Source: a virus
Lineage: Duplodnaviria; Caudoviricetes
Virus record (IMG/VR): IMGVR_UViG_3300036780_000089
Span: 1 to 63,991 of that record
Reading direction: 5' to 3' (one strand)
DNA length: 63,991 nucleotides
This document shows positions 8,902-17,481 of the stretch, piece after piece. Position 1 is the first letter of the stretch. Each line of letters starts with the position of its first letter. Both the position numbers and the translations under genes were made by a program. A model generated the notes under the pieces. The model saw only the letters and a program-made list of their open reading frames with translations, ran no database searches and had not been told where the DNA came from.

Positions 8902-9498
8902 TCACCGCCCCCGCTGGTCGTCGGAGAACTGGACGCCGGGCACGGTGCGCCGGGGAGCGCGGGCGCGGCCCGTGGTGGCCGAGCTGGACGCCCGCGCGGG
9001 CGTCTTACTGGTCGCCGCCGTGTCGAGCGCCGCCGAGCTGACCGCCGCCAGGTGGTGACTTGCCGCCGCCGAGCGGGCCGCTGAACGCGCGGGCGTCGCC
9101 GTACGCGTGGTGGCCTTGCCCGTCGCCTTACTGGCCGCTGGCTTGCCCGTGGCGCGCTTAGTCGGCGCCGGGGCACGCCGAGGCCGCATGAGTGGCGCGC
9201 CGAGCTGTGTCGCCACGTTGACGGCCACGTTGTACGCGCCCGCGTAGCGTCCGGCCGCCACCTTGGCCCACGGCTCATAGTCGGTGTCCAGCACCGCGAA
9301 CCCGCCGATACGTTCGGTCACCGCGCACGTGTGCCCACTGACGATGCGCACACCCACCGTCGTGCCGATCACGATCACGTCCCCGTCGCCGATGCTGTCC
9401 GCGTCGTCGGCTACCGCGTATGGGTCCGCGTCATCGGCGGCCGTGACCGTGTGGACGGCGGTATGGCCGATGGTGCGGGTTTCGATAGATCTCGACAT
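8902..9498 (-). CDS. Hypothetical protein with basic Ala/Lys/Thr low-complexity tail
   Basis: RBS GGAGAG; tail ATGKPAASKATGKATTR. Confidence 0.65.
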   Translation of the reverse strand: MSRSIETRTIGHTAVHTVTAADDADPYAVADDADSIGDGDVIVIGTTVGVRIVSGHTCAVTERIGGFAVLDTDYEPWAKVAAGRYAGAYNVAVNVATQLGAPLMRPRRAPAPTKRATGKPAASKATGKATTRTATPARSAARSAAASHHLAAVSSAALDTAATSKTPARASSSATTGRARAPRRTVPGVQFSDDQRGR

Positions 9499-9500
9499 GG

Positions 9501-10031
9501 TCAGCTCTCCACACTCGGGTCTCCGGTGACATGCTCGGCGATTTCCCGTGCGGCTTGGTCTCGGTCGTCGTACACGTTGAGTACTTGCGGGTTGTACTGG
9601 TACCGGCCATCGGGCATACCGTTACTCCAGTCGTGCGCCTCGGCGACGTAGGCAGGGCCGGTGCTGGTTTCGATTTCCCACATGTTGCCGATCGTGCGGC
9701 CGTATTCGTCGACAAACGTTGTTTGCGTCGCGGTGACTTCCGTAATTCCGCTGCTGCGCATTGCAATCCCTTTGCTGTGTTCGTGGACCGGTGAGCGCCT
9801 ATTTACGGCGTCGTCACCGTGCGATGGTCGGATGATGTCGGCTACGGCGGAACGCGGGAACAAGCTTTGTCCGCCCCGGCCCGGTTCGCGGCCGACAGCA
9901 TGGATTTCCGGGTGTCGGGTAAGCCATACGCCCGCTGAGCGGATGACGCGCGCCCGGTCACCCGAGTAGCCGAGCATCACCCCGATTTCGTATGTCGTGA
10001 TCGTGTCCGGTGCCGGTGCCTGATCGGACAT
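9501..10031 (-). CDS. Hypothetical protein; N-terminal HTH-like part, possible internal start at 9761
   Basis: RBS GAGGGAG; TITTYEIGVMLG...GREPGRGGQSLF; internal AAAGGG-ATG. Confidence 0.6.
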   Translation of the reverse strand: MSDQAPAPDTITTYEIGVMLGYSGDRARVIRSAGVWLTRHPEIHAVGREPGRGGQSLFPRSAVADIIRPSHGDDAVNRRSPVHEHSKGIAMRSSGITEVTATQTTFVDEYGRTIGNMWEIETSTGPAYVAEAHDWSNGMPDGRYQYNPQVLNVYDDRDQAAREIAEHVTGDPSVES

Positions 10032-10113
10032 GGTGTTGCGCTCCCTCGGTTCGGCGTGCGGCCTCGCGTTGAGCGGACGCTACCGCCCCCGCGTGAGGCG
10101 CGAACCGAGGCGT

Positions 10114-10359
10114 TTAGACGTCTGTCGGCCTGACCGTTTCCAAGTGGCGGCCGATCACCTCGGCGTGCGTGACCTGGTCGGGTCGGACGTCCTCCTGTAG
10201 CTCACCGTCGACATTGACGCCGAGCATGGAACCCATGCCGGTGACGGTGCCGGTGTGCGTCTTGCCGCCGCGTGTGAACGTCACCCGCATACGTAACGTG
10301 TGCGAGCCCTGAATGCCGCGCCACACGGCGTTGAGCGTGAGCAGGGACCAACCACTCAT
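10114..10359 (-). CDS. Small hypothetical protein (SH3-like beta-rich)
   Basis: RBS GAGGAG; 81 aa. Confidence 0.6.
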   Translation of the reverse strand: MSGWSLLTLNAVWRGIQGSHTLRMRVTFTRGGKTHTGTVTGMGSMLGVNVDGELQEDVRPDQVTHAEVIGRHLETVRPTDV

Positions 10360-10516
10360 GATCGTTTACTCCTCGGTAGGAAATGCCCGGCGGGGGCCGA
10401 GCGATGCCAGTATGTAGTACCGTACTACGGGCAGGCAATCGAGGGCCGGTCCCGGACTGGTAACAGGCACCGCGACCGGGCACGATGAACCCAGCGAACC
10501 GAGGGAGCACACCACC

Positions 10517-10891
10517 ATGACCGTCACGCACACGCCCACATTCCAGGACACCGACGACCACTTTCTCGGGTCGGGCGCGCTCGACTTTCACCCCTGGTAC
10601 ACGAACATTTCGACGACCGACGCCACCGACACCGAATCGTGGACACTCACCTTTACGGACCCGGCCGACGAACCGGCGGACGATGTGGCCGCGACAGAAC
10701 GCACCATCACCCACGCTGACATCATGCGCGCCGTTGGGCAGATTGCGGACGGGACGGTGGAAATGCGGGAGGAATACCGGGAGGAATGCCAACTGTTCGA
10801 GTCCGGCGAACTGGACGCGGTCGACTTTGACGCAATCTCGGCGGACGTCGTCATTCAGGTGGCCGCGTTCGGGAAAGTCGTCTACGGCTGA
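10517..10891 (+). CDS. Acidic phage hypothetical protein
   Basis: RBS GAGGGAG; C-terminal DFDAISADVVIQVAAFGKVVYG motif typical of phage early proteins. Confidence 0.75.
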   Translation: MTVTHTPTFQDTDDHFLGSGALDFHPWYTNISTTDATDTESWTLTFTDPADEPADDVAATERTITHADIMRAVGQIADGTVEMREEYREECQLFESGELDAVDFDAISADVVIQVAAFGKVVYG

Positions 10892-11194
10892 ATGAGCGCC
10901 AACGACACAGGCAACGTCACGCCGACAACTAGTTCGGCTCTTGCCCACACGTTGCGACGGGCCGGAATCATGACCGTGCCCACCCGATTGCGGGAAGGTG
11001 TCTACGTGACCGGCGGCGACCCCAACCGGCGCGGCCCCGTGTCGGTCAGCGTGCAAATCGACCACGACCAGCGCCACGCCGACAATCTCGCCGCCGCTGT
11101 GCGAGACGTGCTGGACGGCGCCGGTCTCGTGTACCAGTACAGACAAGACGACGACGGTTACCACTCGTTCACCGTGGAAGGACGCCGAGGCTAA
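10892..11194 (+). CDS. Hypothetical protein
   Basis: Abuts previous stop; followed by a hairpin at about 11211-11240. Confidence 0.65.
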   Translation: MSANDTGNVTPTTSSALAHTLRRAGIMTVPTRLREGVYVTGGDPNRRGPVSVSVQIDHDQRHADNLAAAVRDVLDGAGLVYQYRQDDDGYHSFTVEGRRG

Positions 11195-11259
11195 CCGCAC
11201 ACCGTCTCCCGGCCCCTTGCGCGCTAAGCGTGGGGGGTCGGTCTCGTGTCCGCCCAGGG

Positions 11260-11520
11260 TCACCAGCGCCGCCGATCCACGATCAGTAGAAACTCGTCGA
11301 CCGGCACGCACAACGTGTTCAGCATGTCGACCACGCGGACGGCCGCCGTGTGCATGTCAAGCTCACGGTGTTGGCCCGCGTACGTGTGCGCCTCGACCCA
11401 CCGGTTAGCGCTGCCCCCGTCGAACGCGCGACACTCCCACCGATGCACGTAGCGGCCGTACCGGTCGCGGACGTCGTCGGGTATGTCCTCGGCCTCGGCC
11501 AACCGCCGAGCCGCGCTCAC
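11260..11520 (-). CDS. Hypothetical protein
   Basis: GTGA-coupled to the upstream gene. Confidence 0.55.
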   Translation of the reverse strand: MSAARRLAEAEDIPDDVRDRYGRYVHRWECRAFDGGSANRWVEAHTYAGQHRELDMHTAAVRVVDMLNTLCVPVDEFLLIVDRRRW

Positions 11521-12167
11521 GACGCGGCAGGGACGTAGCGCAACGCCGCCTGTAGCCGCTCGTCCAGGTCGGCATGCGCCAACGGGCCGTCTTTGTCCGC
11601 CGCTTCCCGTAGCAGCGGCATACCCGACTCAATCGAGGCCATGACGTCCGCGTGCGTTGCCGGTTTCCCCTCGGCGAACCACAAGGTTTCGATCGGCTCA
11701 CCGACGTTGAACAACACGCCACCGTCCACAGTGAACGACGTGTGCGTTCGCGTCCGCCACACCAGCGCGACGCCCGGATTCCGTGCGATCATGACGCCGG
11801 GCGGGTCCACCTTGTCCACTGGTAGCCCGCGCTCTCGCCGGATCATGCTCGGCCTGGTCAGGAACGGACAGAACCGCGCCGAGTACACCGCACAATCCGT
11901 GTGACACGGCGGCTCGGCCGAGACGCGGTTGACCGCGCACATGGGACCGATCACGAACGCCGCGTCATCCATGCGCGGTTGCCCGCACACCCAACACAGC
12001 CCGAACCATAGGGCTTTGTGTAGGCGTCTCTCGTCGGCCACCCGGAAATCGGGCGTGTCGTTGTTGCCGTCTGACCGGTCCACAAAGTACGGGATCGGCC
12101 GCCCTTTCCGGTCACGCGGCAACGCCCGGATATGTCCCGGCATGTCTCGCGTCTTGAACATGATCAC
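11517..12167 (-). CDS. Conserved phage Zn-binding hypothetical protein
   Basis: LCWVCGQP...GPMC...EPPCHTDCAVYSARFCPFL. Confidence 0.75.
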   Translation of the reverse strand: MIMFKTRDMPGHIRALPRDRKGRPIPYFVDRSDGNNDTPDFRVADERRLHKALWFGLCWVCGQPRMDDAAFVIGPMCAVNRVSAEPPCHTDCAVYSARFCPFLTRPSMIRRERGLPVDKVDPPGVMIARNPGVALVWRTRTHTSFTVDGGVLFNVGEPIETLWFAEGKPATHADVMASIESGMPLLREAADKDGPLAHADLDERLQAALRYVPAAS

Positions 12168-12387
12168 TTCCTAGGACTGTTGATCTCCCGTGCCACTTGT
12201 CGCGTCCACGACGTCGCCGACACCGACACCGTGACATTGGCGACCGCTAGCGCCGCCCACATCTCGGCCGCCGCCGCGTGGCCGTGCATCATTGCTGCGA
12301 CCGTGCTCCATACGGCCGCGAATGCTGAAATAGACGCCGATACCCACATCACGCCCAGTCGTGCGCGGGTCGCGGTACTGCGCCGCG

Positions 12388-12663
12388 TCATGTCGTTGCG
12401 GTGTAAGCGGTTCCCGCACCCCCATGCGACCGGAACCGCGCGAATCGTGCATAGATGTCGTTCATGGCGACCGCCAGATATCGCGTCTTGTCCTGACTGG
12501 ACAGAGACTCGTCGACCACGATCACCGGCCGACCGTCCACAATGTCCCAACCCGCGCCCCGGAAACCCAAGTCCGTGAACAGTACGCGCGGAACGTCGCC
12601 GCCATCGCCGCCCGTGCCGTCACCGTCGCTGGTGTCATCTCTTGGTCTCAACTTGTGAGCCAT
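12388..12663 (-). CDS. Small protein resembling the N-terminal half of ImmA/IrrE metallopeptidases, no HEXXH
   Basis: GFRGAGW...PVIVVDESLSSQDKTRYLAVAM; RBS GGGAGA. Confidence 0.45.
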   Translation of the reverse strand: MAHKLRPRDDTSDGDGTGGDGGDVPRVLFTDLGFRGAGWDIVDGRPVIVVDESLSSQDKTRYLAVAMNDIYARFARFRSHGGAGTAYTATT

Positions 12664-12716
12664 GGTGTCAGTTCTCCCGGTGTCCGATGACTAAGAACTG
12701 AGTAAGAACGCGTGCG

Positions 12717-13079
12717 CTACATAGGCGCCCCCTGGCATCGCAGCGGGCCGCCGGTCGCGAACACTTCCGACACCAGGCCACGCCACCCTTGCGCCGACAG
12801 GTCGGACACGGGTTCACCGCGTTGGTAGCGGCACGCCGTCTGTTGCGACACTGTGAGCAGGGCGCCGAGGCGCGCTTGCCGATATGCCCCCTCGGCCTGC
12901 CATCGGTCGCACACCAGCGTGATCAGTTCGGTTGGGGTGCCCAGATAGGCGAGACCTTCCACGGTGGACGGTGGGTCAACACCGGGCGGACCGGTGAGCT
13001 TGAACCATCGTCCGTCGTCCGCTCCGTACACCGCGCGCCACGGAATCGCGGCAGGCCCTTGTGGTGTCCGGTCGTCCAC
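12717..13079 (-). CDS. Hypothetical protein
   Basis: RBS AGGAG before GTG; 120 aa. Confidence 0.55.
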   Translation of the reverse strand: MDDRTPQGPAAIPWRAVYGADDGRWFKLTGPPGVDPPSTVEGLAYLGTPTELITLVCDRWQAEGAYRQARLGALLTVSQQTACRYQRGEPVSDLSAQGWRGLVSEVFATGGPLRCQGAPM

Positions 13080-13258
13080 GTTCCGCGCTCCTGTACATGT
13101 CGTCCCGCCTCGCCGCCGTTTCCGATGGGACGCGCTAATGAGTACGTGCGCGTCACCTCTCCGGCGGCGAGATATCAGACCCTATGTACCCAGAGCAGCG
13201 TACGGCAACCGTCATCCCACGATTGTGCGAAATTTACTGTCAGTACCACGCGCGCTTG

Positions 13259-13642
13259 CTACTCCTGGTGATCTTTGTTGCGCGCTGCCCGGCGCACCCG
13301 CCGACCGTATTCCTCGGCCGTGTCGTGTGAAATGTGTTCATCTACGATCACCGTGGCGCCCGGCCGCCACAGTTGCGGGAATCCCAGTTCACGCGAACAC
13401 GCGTTCAACACTTGTTCATAGGACACGTCCAGCGCGGCGGCCATCGTCTCAATGGTTTTCGGCTTGGGATACTCTTTGATTCCCCGAATAACGAATGCGC
13501 TCAATTGCGCCTGGCTCAAGTCCTCTAGGCCACGTTCCCAGGCGCGTTTGAGTAGTTTATTGAACGACATTTTATCCCGCGTTTTGACGTAGTCAATCAG
13601 CTTGCCCAATGGCAGGGTGTTCACGGGATCGGCGTCGGACAT
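13259..13642 (-). CDS. Immunity repressor-like HTH protein
   Basis: LSQAQLSAF...YPKPKTIETMAAALDVSYEQV; divergent from a Cro-like gene. Confidence 0.75.
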   Translation of the reverse strand: MSDADPVNTLPLGKLIDYVKTRDKMSFNKLLKRAWERGLEDLSQAQLSAFVIRGIKEYPKPKTIETMAAALDVSYEQVLNACSRELGFPQLWRPGATVIVDEHISHDTAEEYGRRVRRAARNKDHQE

Positions 13643-13752
13643 GCTCTCCCCTAGCTAGGTGGTGGCCGTACTCAGCATTGAGTATCTAACCACCAGGCGT
13701 CTTACGCCAGACATCTACCGGCATCATCACCACACCGTGTGATAAACGGCGC

Positions 13753-13782
13753 TTGACGTGCGGCGATAGACAGACCTACGGT
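13753..13782 (+). promoter_or_regulatory. Candidate early rightward promoter
   Basis: TTGACG-N18-TACGGT; CGATAGACA occurs in the spacer and again about 50 bp downstream. Confidence 0.5.
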
Positions 13783-13862
13783 GACCCACACACGCCAACG
13801 GGCGGTGACCAGGGACGATAGACACTCTCCCGACCCTCACCGCGCACGACCACGGGGCGACC

Positions 13863-14132
13863 ATGGCCGTGTACGTCTCACTTCGCAGCGTGAGCGCTCT
13901 CCGAGACCGGATGGCCCTCACGCGGACCACACAAGCGGCGCTCGCACTCGCCGCACATACGAGTGCCGCTCGCATTTCACAAATTGTGTCGGGTCGCGTC
14001 ACGACAATTACGGTTGCCGCTGCCGCCGCCATTGAGCTTGCTCTTGGCGTGCCGCGCGGGGCGCTTTTTGCCGTGCCCGAACCGCCCGACCTGGTACAGC
14101 CCTACGTCACCTCGCAACAAGGGGTGGCGTGA
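13863..14132 (+). CDS. Cro-like XRE HTH protein
   Basis: TTQAALALAAHTSAARISQIVSG...AIELALGVPRGALF. Confidence 0.8.
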   Translation: MAVYVSLRSVSALRDRMALTRTTQAALALAAHTSAARISQIVSGRVTTITVAAAAAIELALGVPRGALFAVPEPPDLVQPYVTSQQGVA

Positions 14133-14228
14133 ACACCCACGCCATGCGAGAGAAAGCCGTCTGATTCGCGCAGGGAATGCAAATTCATGCGGCGAATTCT
14201 CCACGCACACACATTCAAAGGGTGAGCG

Positions 14229-14516
14229 ATGTCAGCACCGCAAAGGCATACCGTCCGCGTCACCAATCGGTACAGCGAGGCCGCCATGTGGGTAATGTGG
14301 CGGTTGTGCGCGCTGCCCACATGGGCTATAAGCGCCGCCGTCGTGATAGTCGGACCCCATCTGTCCACTGTGCCCGGATTCCTGTCCACCATGGCACGCC
14401 ATGTCGGTGATCGAGCCGCCGACGTGTGGAACCGGCCCACCACAACCTATGTCGGCGTGATCGCCGGGGTAGTTGGCCTCGCAATCTTTTCCGGTCTCAT
14501 CGGCCACGCGTCGTGA
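14229..14516 (+). CDS. Small membrane protein
   Basis: Two hydrophobic segments. Confidence 0.55.
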   Translation: MSAPQRHTVRVTNRYSEAAMWVMWRLCALPTWAISAAVVIVGPHLSTVPGFLSTMARHVGDRAADVWNRPTTTYVGVIAGVVGLAIFSGLIGHAS

Positions 14517-14806
14517 TGCACATGTCCCTGATCATTCATCGCTGCGCCGTGTGCGCACACCCGGACATCTACCACGACGGTGACCGCGCCCGTTCGTGCT
14601 GCTGGACGCAATGCCACATCGGACCCCACGTCATGCTGCCCGCACCGTCCGAACTCCTCACCACCTACACGCCGGACGGTGCCGCCGTGGCCCGAATCGA
14701 ACCACCCGGAACGGCGTTTCGCGGGTTCGGCCGGGGCACCGTCGACCTGTGCGGGTGCGCGAACTGTGAGGCGCTGTACGCGTCGGTGACAGGCGGTGCC
14801 GCGTGA
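14516..14806 (+). CDS. Cys/His-rich hypothetical protein
   Basis: CAVCAH...CC...C and LCGCANC; TGATG coupling. Confidence 0.6.
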   Translation: MHMSLIIHRCAVCAHPDIYHDGDRARSCCWTQCHIGPHVMLPAPSELLTTYTPDGAAVARIEPPGTAFRGFGRGTVDLCGCANCEALYASVTGGAA

Positions 14807-15240
14807 CGCCCACGGCCACCGTCGACCGGCCCGCCGCCGAGCTGCCCGCCCGTGCCCCCGGTGGCCTGCCGGACGTGCTCAGCCACTACACGTGCGTACA
14901 CAGCGCCCTCGGCATCGACCAGGACCGGTTGATCCGGCCCCGTCGACACCCCCTGTTCGGTGCCGCCCTGGTGTGGCTGACCGACCTCTACCCGCCCGAC
15001 CGGTACGCACTCGGCCTCACCTCGGCGTGGATTCGATGCGACCGGACGGCCGCCCGTGTCCGCGTCCACCCCGGACCCGACATTGTCCCGTGGGGACGGT
15101 GGGCGCACGAGCACCGCGTGCCCCGCACCATCCGCGAACTACTGGAAGAGGGCGCCATGCCTGCCCACTGGTGGGTGTCCGTCGCGCCCGTGCCCGTCCT
15201 GACCGTGCACACCTATTCGCAGGAACAACCCCATGGCTGA
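14803..15240 (+). CDS. Putative ADP-ribosyltransferase-fold protein
   Basis: LSHYT...GI...LIRP...VWLTDLYP resembles the HYT / VYLT strands of HYD1-type ARTs. Confidence 0.45.
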   Translation: MTPTATVDRPAAELPARAPGGLPDVLSHYTCVHSALGIDQDRLIRPRRHPLFGAALVWLTDLYPPDRYALGLTSAWIRCDRTAARVRVHPGPDIVPWGRWAHEHRVPRTIRELLEEGAMPAHWWVSVAPVPVLTVHTYSQEQPHG

Positions 15241-15583
15241 ACCCACACCCGAATCCACGCCCGACCCCGTGGCCGTCCCCCTCGACACCGACATGGCCGG
15301 ATGGCTCGCCGCGTACCGGCGCGCCCGCGACAAAGTCAAGCATTGGGCCGCCACCGCCGAGGCCGCACAGAAACACGTCACCGACCTGTTGGACGCGCAC
15401 GGCGCCGGAATCGGCACTGTCGACGGACACCCCGCCGTGCGCTGGACGCGGGTCGAAAGCCGCCGGGTCGACGGTGCCCGGTTGCGCGCCGATCACCCCG
15501 ACCTTGCCGACGAATACAGCAGCGTCGTCGTGTCGCGCCGGTTCAGCACGCCCAACGTCCCCACCGAACGGACCGTGTCATGA
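15233..15583 (+). CDS. Coiled-coil recombination-associated phage protein
   Basis: Helical N-terminus then VRWTRVESRRVDGARLRADHPDL...SRRF, typical of genes preceding phage exonucleases. Confidence 0.65.
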   Translation: MAEPTPESTPDPVAVPLDTDMAGWLAAYRRARDKVKHWAATAEAAQKHVTDLLDAHGAGIGTVDGHPAVRWTRVESRRVDGARLRADHPDLADEYSSVVVSRRFSTPNVPTERTVS

Positions 15584-15828
15584 CCGGTTTCAGCAAAGCC
15601 GAATGCCCCTGGTGTGGGCGCGCGCTCACACTCAGCCGCTCCGGTGTGTCCCCTCGGCACAAGCGTGTCACCGGAACGCACATCGTCACCGGCGCCCCCG
15701 TCCGCGCCTGGTGCCCCGGTTCCTCCGAGCTGCCGTGGGCGCTCCACGCCGAACAGCGTCGGCAACTCCGTAGCCAATGGCGGGATGACGCCGGGGAATT
15801 GCGCGGCGGTGACGACGGATGGAACTAA
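15580..15828 (+). CDS. Zn-finger hypothetical protein
   Basis: CPWCGR...H...CPGS; ATGA coupling. Confidence 0.6.
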   Translation: MTGFSKAECPWCGRALTLSRSGVSPRHKRVTGTHIVTGAPVRAWCPGSSELPWALHAEQRRQLRSQWRDDAGELRGGDDGWN

Positions 15829-16595
15829 CCACCCTTGCCCCGCCGAGCATTCCCGCGCCGCCAAGCGGTACGGCCGCCCTCGCCGAGGACATTCGCGGCG
15901 TCGTCATCGACGCGGCCCGCCGCGCGCCACGCAGCCAGCAAACCGCCCTCGGCCCGTCCGAGATCGGCGAGGCGTGCGCCCGCAAGCTCAGTTACAAGCT
16001 CATGGCGCACACGGAATACAACGCCGGTTCCGACCCGTGGCCCTCGATAGTCGGCACCGCTGTGCACGCCTGGCTAGCCGACGCGTTCCTTGCCGTCAAC
16101 GAACGATTGGGCCGGATTCGCTATCTCGTTGAGCAGCGGCTCACGATCAGGGACGGCCTCACCGGCACGTGCGATTTGTACGACGTCGACCGGGGCATGG
16201 TCATTGATCACAAAGTGCCCGGCACCACGTCCATGACCAAGACGAAAAAAGACGGCCCGTCACCCACCTACCGGGCGCAAGCACACCTCTACGGCCTCGG
16301 CTATGCGCGGCTCGGCCTGCCCGTGCGTGACGTCGCGTTGGCGCTGTATCCGCGCGGCGGGATGCTGTCCGGTCTGTGGATATGGTCGCAGCCCTACGAC
16401 GAAACCGTGGCGCTCCAAGCACTCGCGCGGCATGACGCGATCCTCGAAGCCGCGTGCGCGCTGGACGTGGCGCACCATCCCGAGCGGTACCGGCAGATTC
16501 CGCGCACGGTCGGTCACGCGTGCACCTATTGCCCGTACTGGCGTCCCGGCCGTGATACCGGCGACGGATGCCCCGGCCACCTGGAAGACGAATGA
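15819..16595 (+). CDS. Cas4/RecB-like PD-(D/E)XK exonuclease with Fe-S cysteines
   Basis: GPSEIGEAC, GTAVH, TGTCDLYD, VIDHK, QAHLYG, CTYCPY...C. Confidence 0.88.
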   Translation: MELTTLAPPSIPAPPSGTAALAEDIRGVVIDAARRAPRSQQTALGPSEIGEACARKLSYKLMAHTEYNAGSDPWPSIVGTAVHAWLADAFLAVNERLGRIRYLVEQRLTIRDGLTGTCDLYDVDRGMVIDHKVPGTTSMTKTKKDGPSPTYRAQAHLYGLGYARLGLPVRDVALALYPRGGMLSGLWIWSQPYDETVALQALARHDAILEAACALDVAHHPERYRQIPRTVGHACTYCPYWRPGRDTGDGCPGHLEDE

Positions 16596-16783
16596 CGATG
16601 GATGCAAGGCAACGGGCGGTAGCTCGCGCTACCGAGGCCGCTCAGTCGCTGCCGGAAAACCAGCGGTTGAACTACATGGCAGATGCGGCTCAGCGGTTTC
16701 ACCATGCGGCAGGACAGTCCACGGTCACCACGAACGCCGACGATACCGGCGACGGATGCCCCGGCCACCTGGAAGACGAATGA
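16554..16783 (+). repeat. Exact 42-bp direct repeat (16554-16595 and 16742-16783)
   Basis: GATACCGGCGACGGATGCCCCGGCCACCTGGAAGACGAATGA twice, 146 bp of unique sequence between. Confidence 0.95.
16592..16783 (+). CDS. 63-aa protein sharing its last 13 aa with the exonuclease
   Basis: Starts in the ATGA of repeat 1 and ends DTGDGCPGHLEDE in repeat 2. Confidence 0.65.
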   Translation: MTMDARQRAVARATEAAQSLPENQRLNYMADAAQRFHHAAGQSTVTTNADDTGDGCPGHLEDE

Positions 16784-17106
16784 ACCACGTTTACCGCACG
16801 GGCAGTCACAACGCCCGCAACATCTACCGGTGCGGCCGAGACCGCGACACAGACGAACACGTGGGCGTCACGTTCGCACCGGAATTCGCGCGCTACATCG
16901 TGCGCACCCTCAACCTGTACACGAATCACGCCAACGCCTATGACGCGTTGCACCGCATCGCCGAGGCGCACCGGCAAGTCGTGGACGCCGCTGGTGGCGT
17001 GTCTGGCTATTGCTGCGAATGCGATCAGGTGTGGCCGTGCCCTACCCGCAAGTGGGCCACGCTGTCCGTCGGCAGCCCCTTGGAACCATGGGACGCCGAC
17101 ACGTGA
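16780..17106 (+). CDS. Hypothetical protein with H...CxxC...WPC motif
   Basis: Starts in the ATGA of repeat 2. Confidence 0.65.
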   Translation: MNHVYRTGSHNARNIYRCGRDRDTDEHVGVTFAPEFARYIVRTLNLYTNHANAYDALHRIAEAHRQVVDAAGGVSGYCCECDQVWPCPTRKWATLSVGSPLEPWDADT

Positions 17107-17265
17107 CCAGCACGGCGGAAGCGCTCGAATGTCCACGATGCCAACGCGGCGCCGAACTGTGGCCCTGTCCACGATGCGCCCGTGAGATGTGCTGGTGGTG
17201 TCTGTGGGCGCACGCCGACGATGCCCCTGACGACCCGACCGACGATGACAACGGGAGTCCCGACG

Positions 17266-17481
17266 ATGACCACTCACGATTGCCCCGGTGGATGCGGCGC
17301 GCCCGTCGTGCGGCATCGGTTCGCGTGCGGCGTGTGTTGGCGTCGCCTGCCCGCACAGCTGCGCCGCGCGATCACCAGCACCTACAACGTTGACCACACC
17401 GCACACGCCCGCGCCATGGTGCGCGCCATGCACTGGTACTGCGACATTCCGCTACAACGCAAGGGAGCACCGTCCCAATGA
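17266..17481 (+). CDS. Zn-finger hypothetical protein
   Basis: HDCPGGC...FACGVCWRRLP; RBS GGGAG. Confidence 0.65.
   Translation: MTTHDCPGGCGAPVVRHRFACGVCWRRLPAQLRRAITSTYNVDHTAHARAMVRAMHWYCDIPLQRKGAPSQ

Noticed and set aside
13393-13408. Second SOS-like box GCGAAC-ACGC-GTTCAA
   Set aside because: Two mismatches and located mid-CDS in the repressor; probably chance.
16554-16783. CRISPR mini-array next to a cas4-like gene
   Set aside because: Only two repeats, a 146-bp interval, and the repeat is protein-coding; no other cas genes.
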